Notes under the pieces: generated by a model
The model's database searches: none
Told to the model about the DNA's origin: nothing
What the model saw: the letters and a program-made list of their open reading frames with translations, nothing else
Part shown: positions 18,024 to 27,544 of the stretch, in pieces
Position numbering within the stretch: the first letter of the stretch is position 1
Layout: every line of letters begins with the position of its first letter
Origin: Thermodesulfobacteriota bacterium
Lineage (GTDB): Bacteria; Desulfobacterota; Desulfobulbia; Desulfobulbales; SURF-16
Direction: 5' to 3'
Assembly: GCA_034723545.1 (NCBI GenBank)
Contig: JAYEPA010000001.1
Coordinates: forward strand, 2,227-55,467
Length of the DNA: 53,241 nt
Program-made: the position numbers and the translations under genes

Positions 18024-20312
18024 ATGTCAAAATCATTAATTATTGTCGAGTCTCCCGCCAAGGCGAGAACATTGCAGAAATATCTTGGTAAATCTTTTGC
18101 CGTCAAGGCCTCGGTAGGTCATATCCGTGACCTGCCGGTCAAAACTCTTGGTGTGGATGTTGAGCACGATTTCAAGCCGGAATATGTTACCATCCGTGGC
18201 AAAGGTAAAATCATCAGTGAGTTGAAAGCTGCCGCTAAAAGCGTTGATGCGATTTATCTGGCCCCTGATCCGGACCGTGAGGGCGAGGCTATTGCCTGGC
18301 ATATTGCCGAGGCGCTCAAAGCGGCCAAAAAGCCGTTTCACCGGGCCCTGTTTCATGAGCTGACCAAAACAGCAATTTTTGATGCCATTGCTAATGCCAG
18401 CGAGATTAATCATCATCGTTTCGAGGCTCAACAGGCTCGCCGTATTCTTGATCGTTTAGTAGGGTATCAGATTTCACCCCTGTTGTGGGACAAGGTGAGG
18501 CGCGGATTGAGTGCAGGTCGTGTCCAGTCAGTGGCGGTTCGCATGGTTTGTGAACGGGAAGAGGCTATCCTCGCCTTTAAATCCGAGGAATACTGGTCTG
18601 TGTCCGCCCAACTGCAAAAAGGCGCTCCCCCTGTTTTTCTTGCTCAACTGGATCAGGTTGACGGGAAAAAAGTCGATGCCAGGAAAAATAAGATTTCTGA
18701 TGAGACCACCGTCAAAAAAATCGTCGAGGACTTAAAAAAAGCGAATTTTACCATTTCCAAGGTAAGTAAAAAGAAAAAAAGACGATTTTCAAGTCCGCCT
18801 TTTATTACCAGTACCATGCAGATGGATGCAAATCGGAAACTGCGGTTTTCCGCCAAAAAGACCATGACCCTGGCTCAGAAGCTGTATGAGGGGATTGAGC
18901 TTGGCGCTGATGGCCCTACCGGTCTGATCACCTATATGCGAACCGATTCCATCCGGGTAAACGACCAGGCCCTGGCCCAGGTCCGTGAGTATATTGCCAC
19001 GGCCCATGGTGCTGATTATCTGCCTGCAAAACCTAATACTTATAAAACAAAGAAGTCGGCCCAGGATGCCCACGAGGCGGTTCGGCCCACGGATGTGAGC
19101 CTGACCCCGGAAAAAATGGCGCCCTTTCTGGAAAAGGATATGCTTTCTCTCTATACTCTGATCTGGAAGAGATTTGTCGCCAGCCAGATGGCTCCTGCCG
19201 TTTATGATCAGACTTCGGTTCAGATAGAGGCCGGTAACCATCGTTTGAAGGTCGTTGGTTCAATCATGCGTTTTCTGGGTTTCATGACTCTTTATGTTGA
19301 GGCGGAGGAGGAGAGCAGCCCGAAGCCGGCAGCCTCGGGCAAAGATGTCACTCTGCCCGATCTGAAAGAAGGTGATGTCCTTGATCTTCTGGAACTGCTG
19401 CCGAAACAGCATTTCACCCAACCGCCGCCCAGGTATACGGAAGCGACTCTTGTCAAGGCCCTGGAGGAAAACGGCGTCGGCCGGCCCAGTACCTATGCTG
19501 CCATCCTGTCCACCATCCAGGATAAGGAGTATGTCTCCCTGGAACAACGAAAATTCAGCCCCACTGATCTGGGGAAACTGGTCAATGAACTGCTGGTTCA
19601 ACATTTTCCGGAGATCATGAATGTCGAGTTTACCGCCTCCATGGAACAAAATCTCGACAAGGTTGAGGAGGGACAGGTTGAGTGGCTCAAGATTCTGCAG
19701 GATTTTTATAATCCATTCAAGGAAACCATGGAAAAGGCCAAAAAGGAGATGAGATCAGTGAAGCGCAGCGCAACTCCCACTGATATTGTTTGCAAGCTCT
19801 GCGGGGGCGGGATGGTCATTAAATGGGGACGGATGGGAGAATTTCTGGCCTGCGAAAATTATCCTGATTGTAAAAATACCCAGGATTTTAAAAAAGATGC
19901 CGACGGCAAGATCCTCCCCGTGGAAAAGAAGGAGCCGGAGGATTCAGGTGAGGTTTGTGAAAAATGCGGCAAGCCCATGGTGTACAAGTTTGGCCGCTAC
20001 GGCCGATTTCTGGCCTGTTCGGGCTATCCAAAATGTAAAAATATTCAGTCGGAAAAAACCGGAGTGAAATGCCCGGAGAAAGGATGCGGCGGGAATATTG
20101 TCAAAAAGGTCTCAAAGCGCGGCAAGGTCTTTTACAGCTGCGACCGCTATCCGAAATGTACCTATGCCCTGTGGGATAAGCCGGTGGACATCCCCTGCCC
20201 GCAATGTCAGGCACCTTTTTTGCTAGAAAAAGAGACCAAGAAGCGGGGACGTCATCTCAAATGCGCCAACAAAGACTGTGGATACAGCAAAGACATTGAC
20301 GATGAAAGCTGA
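18024..20312 (+). CDS. topA: DNA topoisomerase I
   Basis: IVESPAKA, DPDREGEAI, SAGRVQS, ITYMRTDS, C-terminal zinc ribbons. Confidence 0.97.
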   Translation: MSKSLIIVESPAKARTLQKYLGKSFAVKASVGHIRDLPVKTLGVDVEHDFKPEYVTIRGKGKIISELKAAAKSVDAIYLAPDPDREGEAIAWHIAEALKAAKKPFHRALFHELTKTAIFDAIANASEINHHRFEAQQARRILDRLVGYQISPLLWDKVRRGLSAGRVQSVAVRMVCEREEAILAFKSEEYWSVSAQLQKGAPPVFLAQLDQVDGKKVDARKNKISDETTVKKIVEDLKKANFTISKVSKKKKRRFSSPPFITSTMQMDANRKLRFSAKKTMTLAQKLYEGIELGADGPTGLITYMRTDSIRVNDQALAQVREYIATAHGADYLPAKPNTYKTKKSAQDAHEAVRPTDVSLTPEKMAPFLEKDMLSLYTLIWKRFVASQMAPAVYDQTSVQIEAGNHRLKVVGSIMRFLGFMTLYVEAEEESSPKPAASGKDVTLPDLKEGDVLDLLELLPKQHFTQPPPRYTEATLVKALEENGVGRPSTYAAILSTIQDKEYVSLEQRKFSPTDLGKLVNELLVQHFPEIMNVEFTASMEQNLDKVEEGQVEWLKILQDFYNPFKETMEKAKKEMRSVKRSATPTDIVCKLCGGGMVIKWGRMGEFLACENYPDCKNTQDFKKDADGKILPVEKKEPEDSGEVCEKCGKPMVYKFGRYGRFLACSGYPKCKNIQSEKTGVKCPEKGCGGNIVKKVSKRGKVFYSCDRYPKCTYALWDKPVDIPCPQCQAPFLLEKETKKRGRHLKCANKDCGYSKDIDDES

Positions 20313-20422
20313 CTGCTTAGGTTTTTAGGCTGTAGGCTATTGGTTTTGGAAATTTTCGGAGTAAGGCGCTAAAAAATTTTATTGTCGGTATTCATCTTTT
20401 TTATAGCAGGGAGGGAATCGTT

Positions 20423-20779
20423 ATGATTTCGGGCATCAACTCTACACTTTCGGCCATGCAGGCCTTTCAGAAAAAAATGGAATCCGTGGCCGATAATACG
20501 GCGAACGTCAACACCGATGGGTTTAAAAAAACAAAGGTAACCCTGCATGAAGGGACGGGACAGAGCATTGCCGCACAGGTCCATCGAATAGAGACCCCCG
20601 GGCCGCTGGTCTATGAGCAGACTTCGGAAGGTTCGGAGCTGGTGGAAAAATCAAATGTTGAATTGACGGAAGAGATTCCGCAAATGATGCTGAATAAGCG
20701 ATTCTATCAGGCCAATATCAAGATGCTGCAGGTCGAAGATGAAATGTTGGGGAGCCTGCTGGACATAAAAAAAGTGTAA
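20423..20779 (+). CDS. Orphan short flagellar basal-body rod family protein
   Basis: ADNTANVNTDGFK N-terminal motif and SNVELTEEI...YQAN C-terminal motif. Confidence 0.8.
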   Translation: MISGINSTLSAMQAFQKKMESVADNTANVNTDGFKKTKVTLHEGTGQSIAAQVHRIETPGPLVYEQTSEGSELVEKSNVELTEEIPQMMLNKRFYQANIKMLQVEDEMLGSLLDIKKV

Positions 20780-20831
20780 GCGTTCACAGGAGAAGGCTGG
20801 TAACACTGTGCTCCACCCTGTGAACAGTTAC
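20776..20831. mobile_element. Short IS66-like inverted-repeat element
   Basis: GTAAGCGTTCACAGG / CCTGTGAACAGTTAC (13/15); overlaps the stop codon of the upstream gene. Confidence 0.55.
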
Positions 20832-20845
20832 AGCCCGGAGTTAGG

Positions 20846-21019
20846 GGTTATTTTCAGCTGCACCCCATCTTCGCCCATTTAGAGCTTCTTGAGTAACATT
20901 AGTACGCTTCGAATCTCTAAATGAACAAGAGGAGTCTCGCCAACTCGCTTACCGGGGGCACATCTGAACAGTTACAGTCTGGAGTAAAGGGAAATTTCCA
21001 GCCTACGCTGAATAGTTAC
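20846..21019. mobile_element. Family A MITE with degenerate left end
   Basis: Interior nearly identical to the 10821 copy; micro-insert at 20931-20954; no TSD found. Confidence 0.85.
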
Positions 21020-21069
21020 AGTAAATGTTGCTTTTTTATTGACAGAAGCCGTGTCCCACCAATAATTTG

Positions 21070-21100
21070 TTGCCCCTTTGCCCCTTTGCCCCTTTGCCCC
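21070..21100 (+). repeat. Octamer tandem repeat (TTTGCCCC x4)
   Basis: ttgcccc tttgcccc tttgcccc tttgcccc just past the pyrC stop. Confidence 0.8.
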
Positions 21101-21106
21101 CTCTAT

Positions 21107-22408
21107 TTACCCTTCCTGAAACATCACACGACCGCCGACAATGGTCATTACGGCTTTGCCCTTGAGCTGCCAGTCAATAAAGGGTGAATTTTTGCTTTTT
21201 GAAACAATTTTATCCGTACTGTAGATAAATTCCATTTCAGGATCGATCACCGTCACATCAGCCGTTGCACCGATTGTGAGCGATCCGCCGGTGACGTCTA
21301 AAATTCGGGCCGGATGAATGGACAGGAGTTCGATCATTTTCTCCGGAGTAAGGACACCTTTCCTGACCAGGGCCAGGGTCAGAGATACAGCCGTTTCAAG
21401 GCCTATAATGCCGTTGGCGGCCTGGTCAAACTCAACATCTTTTTCCAGCGTGCTGTGAGGCGCATGATCAGTGGCAATAGCGTCAATGGTTCCGTCCCGC
21501 AGGCCCTCTTTAATCGCCTTTACGTCATCATCGGTCCGTAATGGCGGATTCATTTTTGCGCGGGTGTTATATTGGCCCACAGCCTCTTCAGTCAGGGTAA
21601 AATAATGGGGTGTGGTTTCAGCTGTCACGGGCCAGCCTTTGGCCTTTGCCCTTCTGATCAGACTGACCGATTCCCTGGTGCTGATATGGGCAATATGAAT
21701 CGGCCGTTTGACATAATTGGCCAGGGCCATATCCCGGTAGATCATAATTTCCTCGGCAGGATGAGGAATTCCATTAAGGCCGAGCCGGGTGGAGAGCACG
21801 CCTTCATTCATTGCGCCATTTTCACTTAAGCTCATTTCCTCTGAATGGGAAATGAGCAGCAAATTATGATTTGCACTGTATTCCAGGGCACGGCGCAAAA
21901 GCTGGCTGTTGGCCACCGGCCTGCCGTCATCCGACAGGGCAACGACGCCGGCCTCTTTCATCTCGCCAAATTCGGCAAGTTCTGTTCCCTCGCTGTTTTT
22001 GCTGATGGCCCCGACAGGATAGACCCTGGCAAAACCTTGTCCAGCCTTGGCCAGGATAAGTTGAGTCACTGACTGGCAGTCATTGACCGGCTGAGTGTTG
22101 GGCATACAGGCTACTGCAGTGAAGCCGCCGGCTGCGGCAGCCCGGGTGCCGCTGACCACGGTTTCCTTATACTCTTCACCGGGCTCCCGAAGATGGACAT
22201 GCATATCGATCAGGCCGGGCAGAACCCACTTGCCGGCCAGGTCAAATGAGGGAAGATTCTGACCGGAAAGGTCGTTTCCCGTTCCAGCCGGAATGATCCG
22301 CTCAATTTTTCCATCAGCAATGAGGACATCAGCCTGCTCGTCCATTTTGTTTAGAGGGTCAATTATTCTGCCGTTTTTCAGCAGGAGAGACTTGCTCTGT
22401 TCATTCAT
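21107..22408 (-). CDS. pyrC: Dihydroorotase (type I)
   Basis: DMHVHLREPG, MPNT, KMNPPLR, ATDHAPH; ATG 22408 abuts the pyrB stop. Confidence 0.95.
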   Translation of the reverse strand: MNEQSKSLLLKNGRIIDPLNKMDEQADVLIADGKIERIIPAGTGNDLSGQNLPSFDLAGKWVLPGLIDMHVHLREPGEEYKETVVSGTRAAAAGGFTAVACMPNTQPVNDCQSVTQLILAKAGQGFARVYPVGAISKNSEGTELAEFGEMKEAGVVALSDDGRPVANSQLLRRALEYSANHNLLLISHSEEMSLSENGAMNEGVLSTRLGLNGIPHPAEEIMIYRDMALANYVKRPIHIAHISTRESVSLIRRAKAKGWPVTAETTPHYFTLTEEAVGQYNTRAKMNPPLRTDDDVKAIKEGLRDGTIDAIATDHAPHSTLEKDVEFDQAANGIIGLETAVSLTLALVRKGVLTPEKMIELLSIHPARILDVTGGSLTIGATADVTVIDPEMEFIYSTDKIVSKSKNSPFIDWQLKGKAVMTIVGGRVMFQEG

Positions 22409-22409
22409 T

Positions 22410-23351
22410 TTATTCGTTTCCTTCACGGCCCATAATGAGATAAAGAAGGGCCATTCTAACGGCCACACCATTTGTGACCTGATCAAGGATCACGGAACGA
22501 GAGCCATCGGCGATATCCGGATCCATTTCCACCCCGCGATTAATGGGGCCGGGATGCATGATCAGCGCATCGGGCCTGGCCAGTTGAACCACTTTTTTGG
22601 AAACTCCAAAAAAAGTAGCATATTCTCGCAGGGATGGAATTAAGGGATCGGTTTGCCGTTCTTTTTGAATTCGCAGGGCCATGACCACATCGGCCCCTTC
22701 TACGACCTCTTCCCTTGATCCACAAACCTTGGCGCCCAGCTCTTCAATTCCAACCGGCAGCATGGTGGATGGACCGCAAACACACACCTCCGCTCCCATT
22801 TTCGAAAAGCCGATGATGTCGGAGTGGGCCACCCGGCTGTGGCTGATATCGCCGATGATGGCGATTTTTAATCCGTCGATGCGCCCCTTGTTTTCCTTGA
22901 CTGTCATCAAATCAAGCAATCCCTGACTGGGATGTTCATGGGTCCCGTCACCGGCATTGATCACCGAGGCGCCGATGTGGTTGGCTAACAGCCGGGGAGA
23001 GCCGGAGCTGGAATGGCGGATGACAATGATATCTGGATTCATGGCTGCCAGATTCATGGCTGTGTCAACCAGGGTTTCACCTTTCTGGGCACTGCTGGTT
23101 GAGGCGGAAATATTAAATGTATCGGCACTCATCCGTTTTGCAGCTATTTCAAAGGAAAGACGGGTTCTGGTACTCGGTTCAAAAAAGAGATGGATGACTG
23201 TTTTACCGCGAAGGGTGGGTACTTTTTTGATGGGTCGTGTTGATATTTCCTTAAACGAATCAGCCGTGTTCAGGATAAATTCAATATCGGTCCGGGAAAG
23301 ATCTTCAAGACCTAAAATATGCTTATGGTTGAAACGGTATTCGTTTTCCAT
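22410..23351 (-). CDS. pyrB: Aspartate carbamoyltransferase catalytic subunit
   Basis: [29 protein letters not shown]. Confidence 0.97.
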   Translation of the reverse strand: MENEYRFNHKHILGLEDLSRTDIEFILNTADSFKEISTRPIKKVPTLRGKTVIHLFFEPSTRTRLSFEIAAKRMSADTFNISASTSSAQKGETLVDTAMNLAAMNPDIIVIRHSSSGSPRLLANHIGASVINAGDGTHEHPSQGLLDLMTVKENKGRIDGLKIAIIGDISHSRVAHSDIIGFSKMGAEVCVCGPSTMLPVGIEELGAKVCGSREEVVEGADVVMALRIQKERQTDPLIPSLREYATFFGVSKKVVQLARPDALIMHPGPINRGVEMDPDIADGSRSVILDQVTNGVAVRMALLYLIMGREGNE

Positions 23352-23470
23352 ATCATTAAAAGAGGCGGGCAGTTATTGACTCTGTTGATGAAAAGTTGCC
23401 AAAGTCCATATGTGAAGAAACAGAAAATAGATTTTTTAGCCCATTTGGCCTTGTTTTATGGATTCTAGTA

Positions 23471-24088
23471 TCAGTGGATCAAGTCACCCAGTCGGTTCCA
23501 GCGGACGGCAAAATCTTCTCTGTTCCATGACCAATAGAGGATAAAAGCTTTGCCTTTAATCTCCTTCAAATCGACAAATTTCCAAAAACGGCTGTCATGG
23601 CTATTATCACGGTTGTCTCCCATGACAAAAAGAGAATTTTCCGGAACCACGATGGGACCAAGGTTGTCACGTGGGGTCACATCTCTCGGAAAAATCCGTT
23701 TATCACGATAAACAGCATTGTCAACTTCCAAAATCTCACCATTAACATAGACCTTTTTGTCAATAATTTCAATGCGGTCACCGGCAACACCAATGACACG
23801 TTTGATAAAGTCCTGTTTGGGATTTTCCGGATATTTAAAAACAATGATGTCCCGACGGTTTGGTTCGCCAATCGAAATCCAGGTGGCCCCGGTGAAAGGA
23901 TTTTTTATACCGTATATAAATTTATTTACCAGAAGATGGTCGCCAATCAGTAAAGTTGGAATCATGGAGCCGGACGGAATTTTGAATGCCTGGACAATAA
24001 ATGAGCGAATAAACAGGGCGAGAATCAGGGCGATGACGATAGCCTCGGCATATTCTCTAACTACTGATTTTTTATGTGTTTTTGTCAA
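23471..24088 (-). CDS. lepB: Signal peptidase I
   Basis: IPSGSMIPTL, FIKRVIG, GDNRDNSHDSR. Confidence 0.95.
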   Translation of the reverse strand: MTKTHKKSVVREYAEAIVIALILALFIRSFIVQAFKIPSGSMIPTLLIGDHLLVNKFIYGIKNPFTGATWISIGEPNRRDIIVFKYPENPKQDFIKRVIGVAGDRIEIIDKKVYVNGEILEVDNAVYRDKRIFPRDVTPRDNLGPIVVPENSLFVMGDNRDNSHDSRFWKFVDLKEIKGKAFILYWSWNREDFAVRWNRLGDLIH

Positions 24089-24347
24089 AAAAATACCCTA
24101 TGTGTATGCTTGAATCGACAGAGTCGAGCGTCTGTCTGTTTATCGCATTTTGTAAACCAAAATGGTGTAAAATTCAAGAATCTTTATCTGCGGCTTAAAA
24201 ATTGCTCCATTTAAGAAAATACAAGCTTGGTCTCCGTAGAAAATAAATTGTTCAGGATACAGACTAAAAAAAGCACTGACTCATTTCAGCAGAAACTATC
24301 TATAATTTTTTTTATTTTTTATTAATTTTGGAACTAGAAAAATCCTT

Positions 24348-24395
24348 CTACTATATATAGTGTTTTGCTGTTTTTGGCAGTACTAAATGTTGTAA
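24348..24395. promoter_or_regulatory. Tandem NrdR-box-like sites between lepB and pilM
   Basis: CTACTATATATAGTGT (24348-24363) and GTACTAAATGTTGTAA (24380-24395), offset 32 bp, compared with consensus acaCwAtATaTwGtgt. Confidence 0.55.
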
Positions 24396-24562
24396 AAAAT
24401 GATTTCTGATTTGTTTTAATGACTCTTAAATTGTTGCTTGAAAAAATATTGCGTAGTATTTTAAAGAGTTTCCAGCTTGACAGGTTAAAAAATTTCTGCG
24501 TTTAATAATTTATAAACGTTTCACAAAAAAAGAATAATCTTTTCGGATGCTCATCAATTTTC

Positions 24563-25642
24563 ATGGCTAAAATGAATATAAATTTCAGTCTTCCCTTTGT
24601 TCAGAAACAAACCCTAGCTGTTGGCTTGGACATCGGTTCGCATGCCGTCAAGGTCTGTGAGATGCATGACAGCGGAAATGGGTTGGAGTTAATCAGTTTG
24701 GGAAGCGCTCTTTTGCCTGCTGGTTCAGTTGAAGACGGTGAACTTCAGGATCCGGAGGCTGTCGCCGAGGTCATTAAGTCCCTTGTTAAGAATTTAAATA
24801 TAAAGGGTAAAAAGGTGGCCATCTCGATTTCCGGTTATTCCGTCATTATGAAAAAGGTGAATTTGGCCGTTATGACAGAGACGGAACTAGCCGAGCATAT
24901 CCAGACGGAAGCTGAACAGTACATTCCTTTTGATATTGAAGAGGTTTATCTGGATTTTCAGGATTTGAAAACAAACAGCGAAACGGAAGATCGAACTGAT
25001 GTCATGCTGGTTGCCGCTAAAAAAGAGGTTGTTGACGGTTATCTGGATATGTTGAACTCCGTCGGGCTGAAAACCGTTGTTGTTGATGTTGATGCATTTG
25101 CCCTGGAAAATTCTTATGAAGCGAATTATGGCAGCGAAGGAACAATTCTTCTCGCTGATATCGGTTCTTCAAAAATGAATATCAATATTATCTCTGACGG
25201 CACATCAATTTTTGCACGGGATATTATGATGGGAAGCCGGCAGCTGACAGAAGATGTCCAGGCCAGGTTCGGTCTCTCCTTTGATGAGGCCGAATCCCTG
25301 AAACTCGGTTCAGTCGCTCCGGAAGATAAACAGGAAGAGCTTGAAGAAATTTTTGGCAATATCTGTACGCAATGGATTATGGAAATCAAAAAAGCTGTTG
25401 ATTTTTATAATTCCAACTATCCCGATAAACCCATTGAAAAGATGGTTTTAGGTGGAGGCGGAGCCAAGGTAAAGGGGCTTGATCAGTTTTTCAGTGAAGA
25501 AACCGGATTTCCAGTCGAGCTGTTTGCTCCTTTTTCGCATGCTACCGTGGATACCGAAAAAATTGAGCTGGACTATTTAGGTTACATTTCCCCTGAAATG
25601 GCTATTGCCATGGGTCTTGCGACAAGAATTATTCCATTTTGA
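24563..25642 (+). CDS. pilM: Type IV pilus assembly protein PilM
   Basis: GLDIGS, EAEQYIPF, VDVDAFALEN, LGGGGAK. Confidence 0.93.
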   Translation: MAKMNINFSLPFVQKQTLAVGLDIGSHAVKVCEMHDSGNGLELISLGSALLPAGSVEDGELQDPEAVAEVIKSLVKNLNIKGKKVAISISGYSVIMKKVNLAVMTETELAEHIQTEAEQYIPFDIEEVYLDFQDLKTNSETEDRTDVMLVAAKKEVVDGYLDMLNSVGLKTVVVDVDAFALENSYEANYGSEGTILLADIGSSKMNINIISDGTSIFARDIMMGSRQLTEDVQARFGLSFDEAESLKLGSVAPEDKQEELEEIFGNICTQWIMEIKKAVDFYNSNYPDKPIEKMVLGGGGAKVKGLDQFFSEETGFPVELFAPFSHATVDTEKIELDYLGYISPEMAIAMGLATRIIPF

Positions 25643-25742
25643 GGAACTTTCAGGTGGAGTGCTGCTGAATAGTAACCATTTTGACAAGAAGTGATCGAGC
25701 TAAAACCAGGAATCTCCCCTTATCAGGTAGACTCATAAAAAA

Positions 25743-26324
25743 ATGATACAGATTAATCTTTTGCCGATCAGGCAAATTAAACAGAGAATTCGAGTTCGTA
25801 ACGAGGTTTTGGTTTTTTTCGTTGCTTTTCTGGTGTTGCTTGGCCTGCTTGGCTTGTTTGCAGCCGGGATGAGTCAGAAAGTTTCGACCTTGCATGAGAA
25901 CATCGCCAAACTCAACGCTAAGAAACAATCGTATACTCCGATTTTAAATCAGATTAAAAAACTCGAGAAAGACAAAAAGGCGCTTGACGCGAAAATAGAT
26001 GTCATAAAAAAATTAAAGGAAAATTCGCAAATCACGGTGCAGGTTCTGGATCAAATAGCCTCAGTCTCACCTGCTAACCGGCTCTGGTTGAAGAGCGTAA
26101 AACAGTCGGGTAATAATGTGAGTTTACAAGGGGTAGCTCTGGATAACAGAACAATTGCCGAATACATGAAAAGTTTGAAGGCTTCGCCTATTTTTGCCGA
26201 TGCCGTGCTCGGTAAATCTTCTCAGGTGACAGTTGCCAGCAAAAAGCTAAAATCCTTTTCCTTAACCCTGCAAACCCAGAATCCGGGTAAGGAAGAGAAT
26301 TCTCTCCAGGGAAAAAAGAAGTAA
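25743..26324 (+). CDS. pilN: Type IV pilus assembly protein PilN
   Basis: MIQINLLP motif, TM helix, coiled coil. Confidence 0.9.
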   Translation: MIQINLLPIRQIKQRIRVRNEVLVFFVAFLVLLGLLGLFAAGMSQKVSTLHENIAKLNAKKQSYTPILNQIKKLEKDKKALDAKIDVIKKLKENSQITVQVLDQIASVSPANRLWLKSVKQSGNNVSLQGVALDNRTIAEYMKSLKASPIFADAVLGKSSQVTVASKKLKSFSLTLQTQNPGKEENSLQGKKK

Positions 26325-26957
26325 ATGAAACCAAACAAGACAAAAGAGGCCGTCAACTCGTTTCTCGATAACAAGGTTGCCCGTCTCAATCAAAAACATA
26401 AAATAGGGATTTGCATTGTAGCGGCCCTTGTTCCGGCCCTTGCCTTTTACTTTCTGTGCTATACTCCTAAAAGTAAAGAAATTAAGCAGTTAAGGGCCAA
26501 AGAGCAGAAGTTGGAGCAGGAAATAAAACGGGTTGAGGCAACAGCCAGAAATCTCGAGAAGCATAAAGCTGAAATGAAAGAGACAACCGAGATGTTCCAG
26601 ATGGCATCTCAGTTTCTGCCTCAGCAGCAGGAAATACCAACTCTGTTGACCAATATTTCCAGCAAGGGAACAAGCTCGGGTCTGGAGGTTGAGACGTTTA
26701 AACCGAAATCAGAGATTCTCAAAGAATTTTACGCGGAAATTCCCGTGGATATTCAGGTGCGCGGCCCTTATCATAATGTTGGTATTTTTCTTTATGAAAT
26801 CAGCAAACTTTCCAGGATCGTTGCTGTTTCCAGCATCAATATGAGTTCCCCAAAAAAAGAGGCCGGGGAGATGATCCTGAATACAAAATTTAATCTGGTT
26901 ACCTACCGCTTTATCGAGTCTTCTGGAAAGACTGATGAAAAAAAGAAAAACAAATAG
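26325..26957 (+). CDS. pilO: Type IV pilus assembly protein PilO
   Basis: LP..QEIP.LL, FYAEIPV, GPYHNVG..L.RIV; operon position. Confidence 0.9.
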   Translation: MKPNKTKEAVNSFLDNKVARLNQKHKIGICIVAALVPALAFYFLCYTPKSKEIKQLRAKEQKLEQEIKRVEATARNLEKHKAEMKETTEMFQMASQFLPQQQEIPTLLTNISSKGTSSGLEVETFKPKSEILKEFYAEIPVDIQVRGPYHNVGIFLYEISKLSRIVAVSSINMSSPKKEAGEMILNTKFNLVTYRFIESSGKTDEKKKNK

Positions 26958-27543
26958 TCGACTGACGGAAAACATGATTTCAATTTCTTCCATATTGCCC
27001 TACTGTTCCATTAAGCGGATGCTTGCGCTTGTTTGCTCTTGCTGTGTCATGGTCTTTTGGGGATACAGCTCTGTTTGCGCAAAGCCCGGACCCGTTTCGA
27101 AATCAAACTCATCCTCGGCAAAAGAAGCAGGCTGTCTTCCCGAGAGTGTCGTTGAATTGGAAAAAATGCTTTCTGGTTCCAGTAATACATTTGTTTACAA
27201 AAGAGAGGGGCGATTGGATCCTTTTATGCCTTTTATTTCCGAACAAGTTGTACAGACGGAAATTGATTTTGAGGAAGAAGAGTTAACTGGAATGCGCCAG
27301 TATGAACCAGGTCAGTTGACCCTGGTCGCTCTCGTTTTTGCAGAAGAAGGCCCGCTGGCCATGGTTCAAGATTCTGTCGGCATGGGATATGTTCTCCGTA
27401 AGGGAACAAAAATCGGCAGATCAGGAATTGTTGACCGGATTACCGCTAACATGGTGATCATAAAACAAAGTTTTCAAACGACCTCGGGTAAAACAAGACA
27501 TCACACCGTTCAAATGGTGTTAAAGAAAGATGGGGAGATGTAA
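26935..27543 (+). CDS. pilP: Type IV pilus assembly protein PilP (start may be later)
   Basis: GRLDPFMPF, AMVQDS.G.GY...G..IG; operon position. Confidence 0.8.
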   Translation: MKKRKTNSRLTENMISISSILPYCSIKRMLALVCSCCVMVFWGYSSVCAKPGPVSKSNSSSAKEAGCLPESVVELEKMLSGSSNTFVYKREGRLDPFMPFISEQVVQTEIDFEEEELTGMRQYEPGQLTLVALVFAEEGPLAMVQDSVGMGYVLRKGTKIGRSGIVDRITANMVIIKQSFQTTSGKTRHHTVQMVLKKDGEM

Positions 27544-27544
27544 A

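Noticed and set aside
20423-20779. Flagellar gene cluster
   Set aside because: Single short rod-family gene with no other flagellar genes nearby.
22409-22486. N-terminal extension of pyrC in the ORF track
   Set aside because: Overlaps pyrB; ATG 22408 is the better start.
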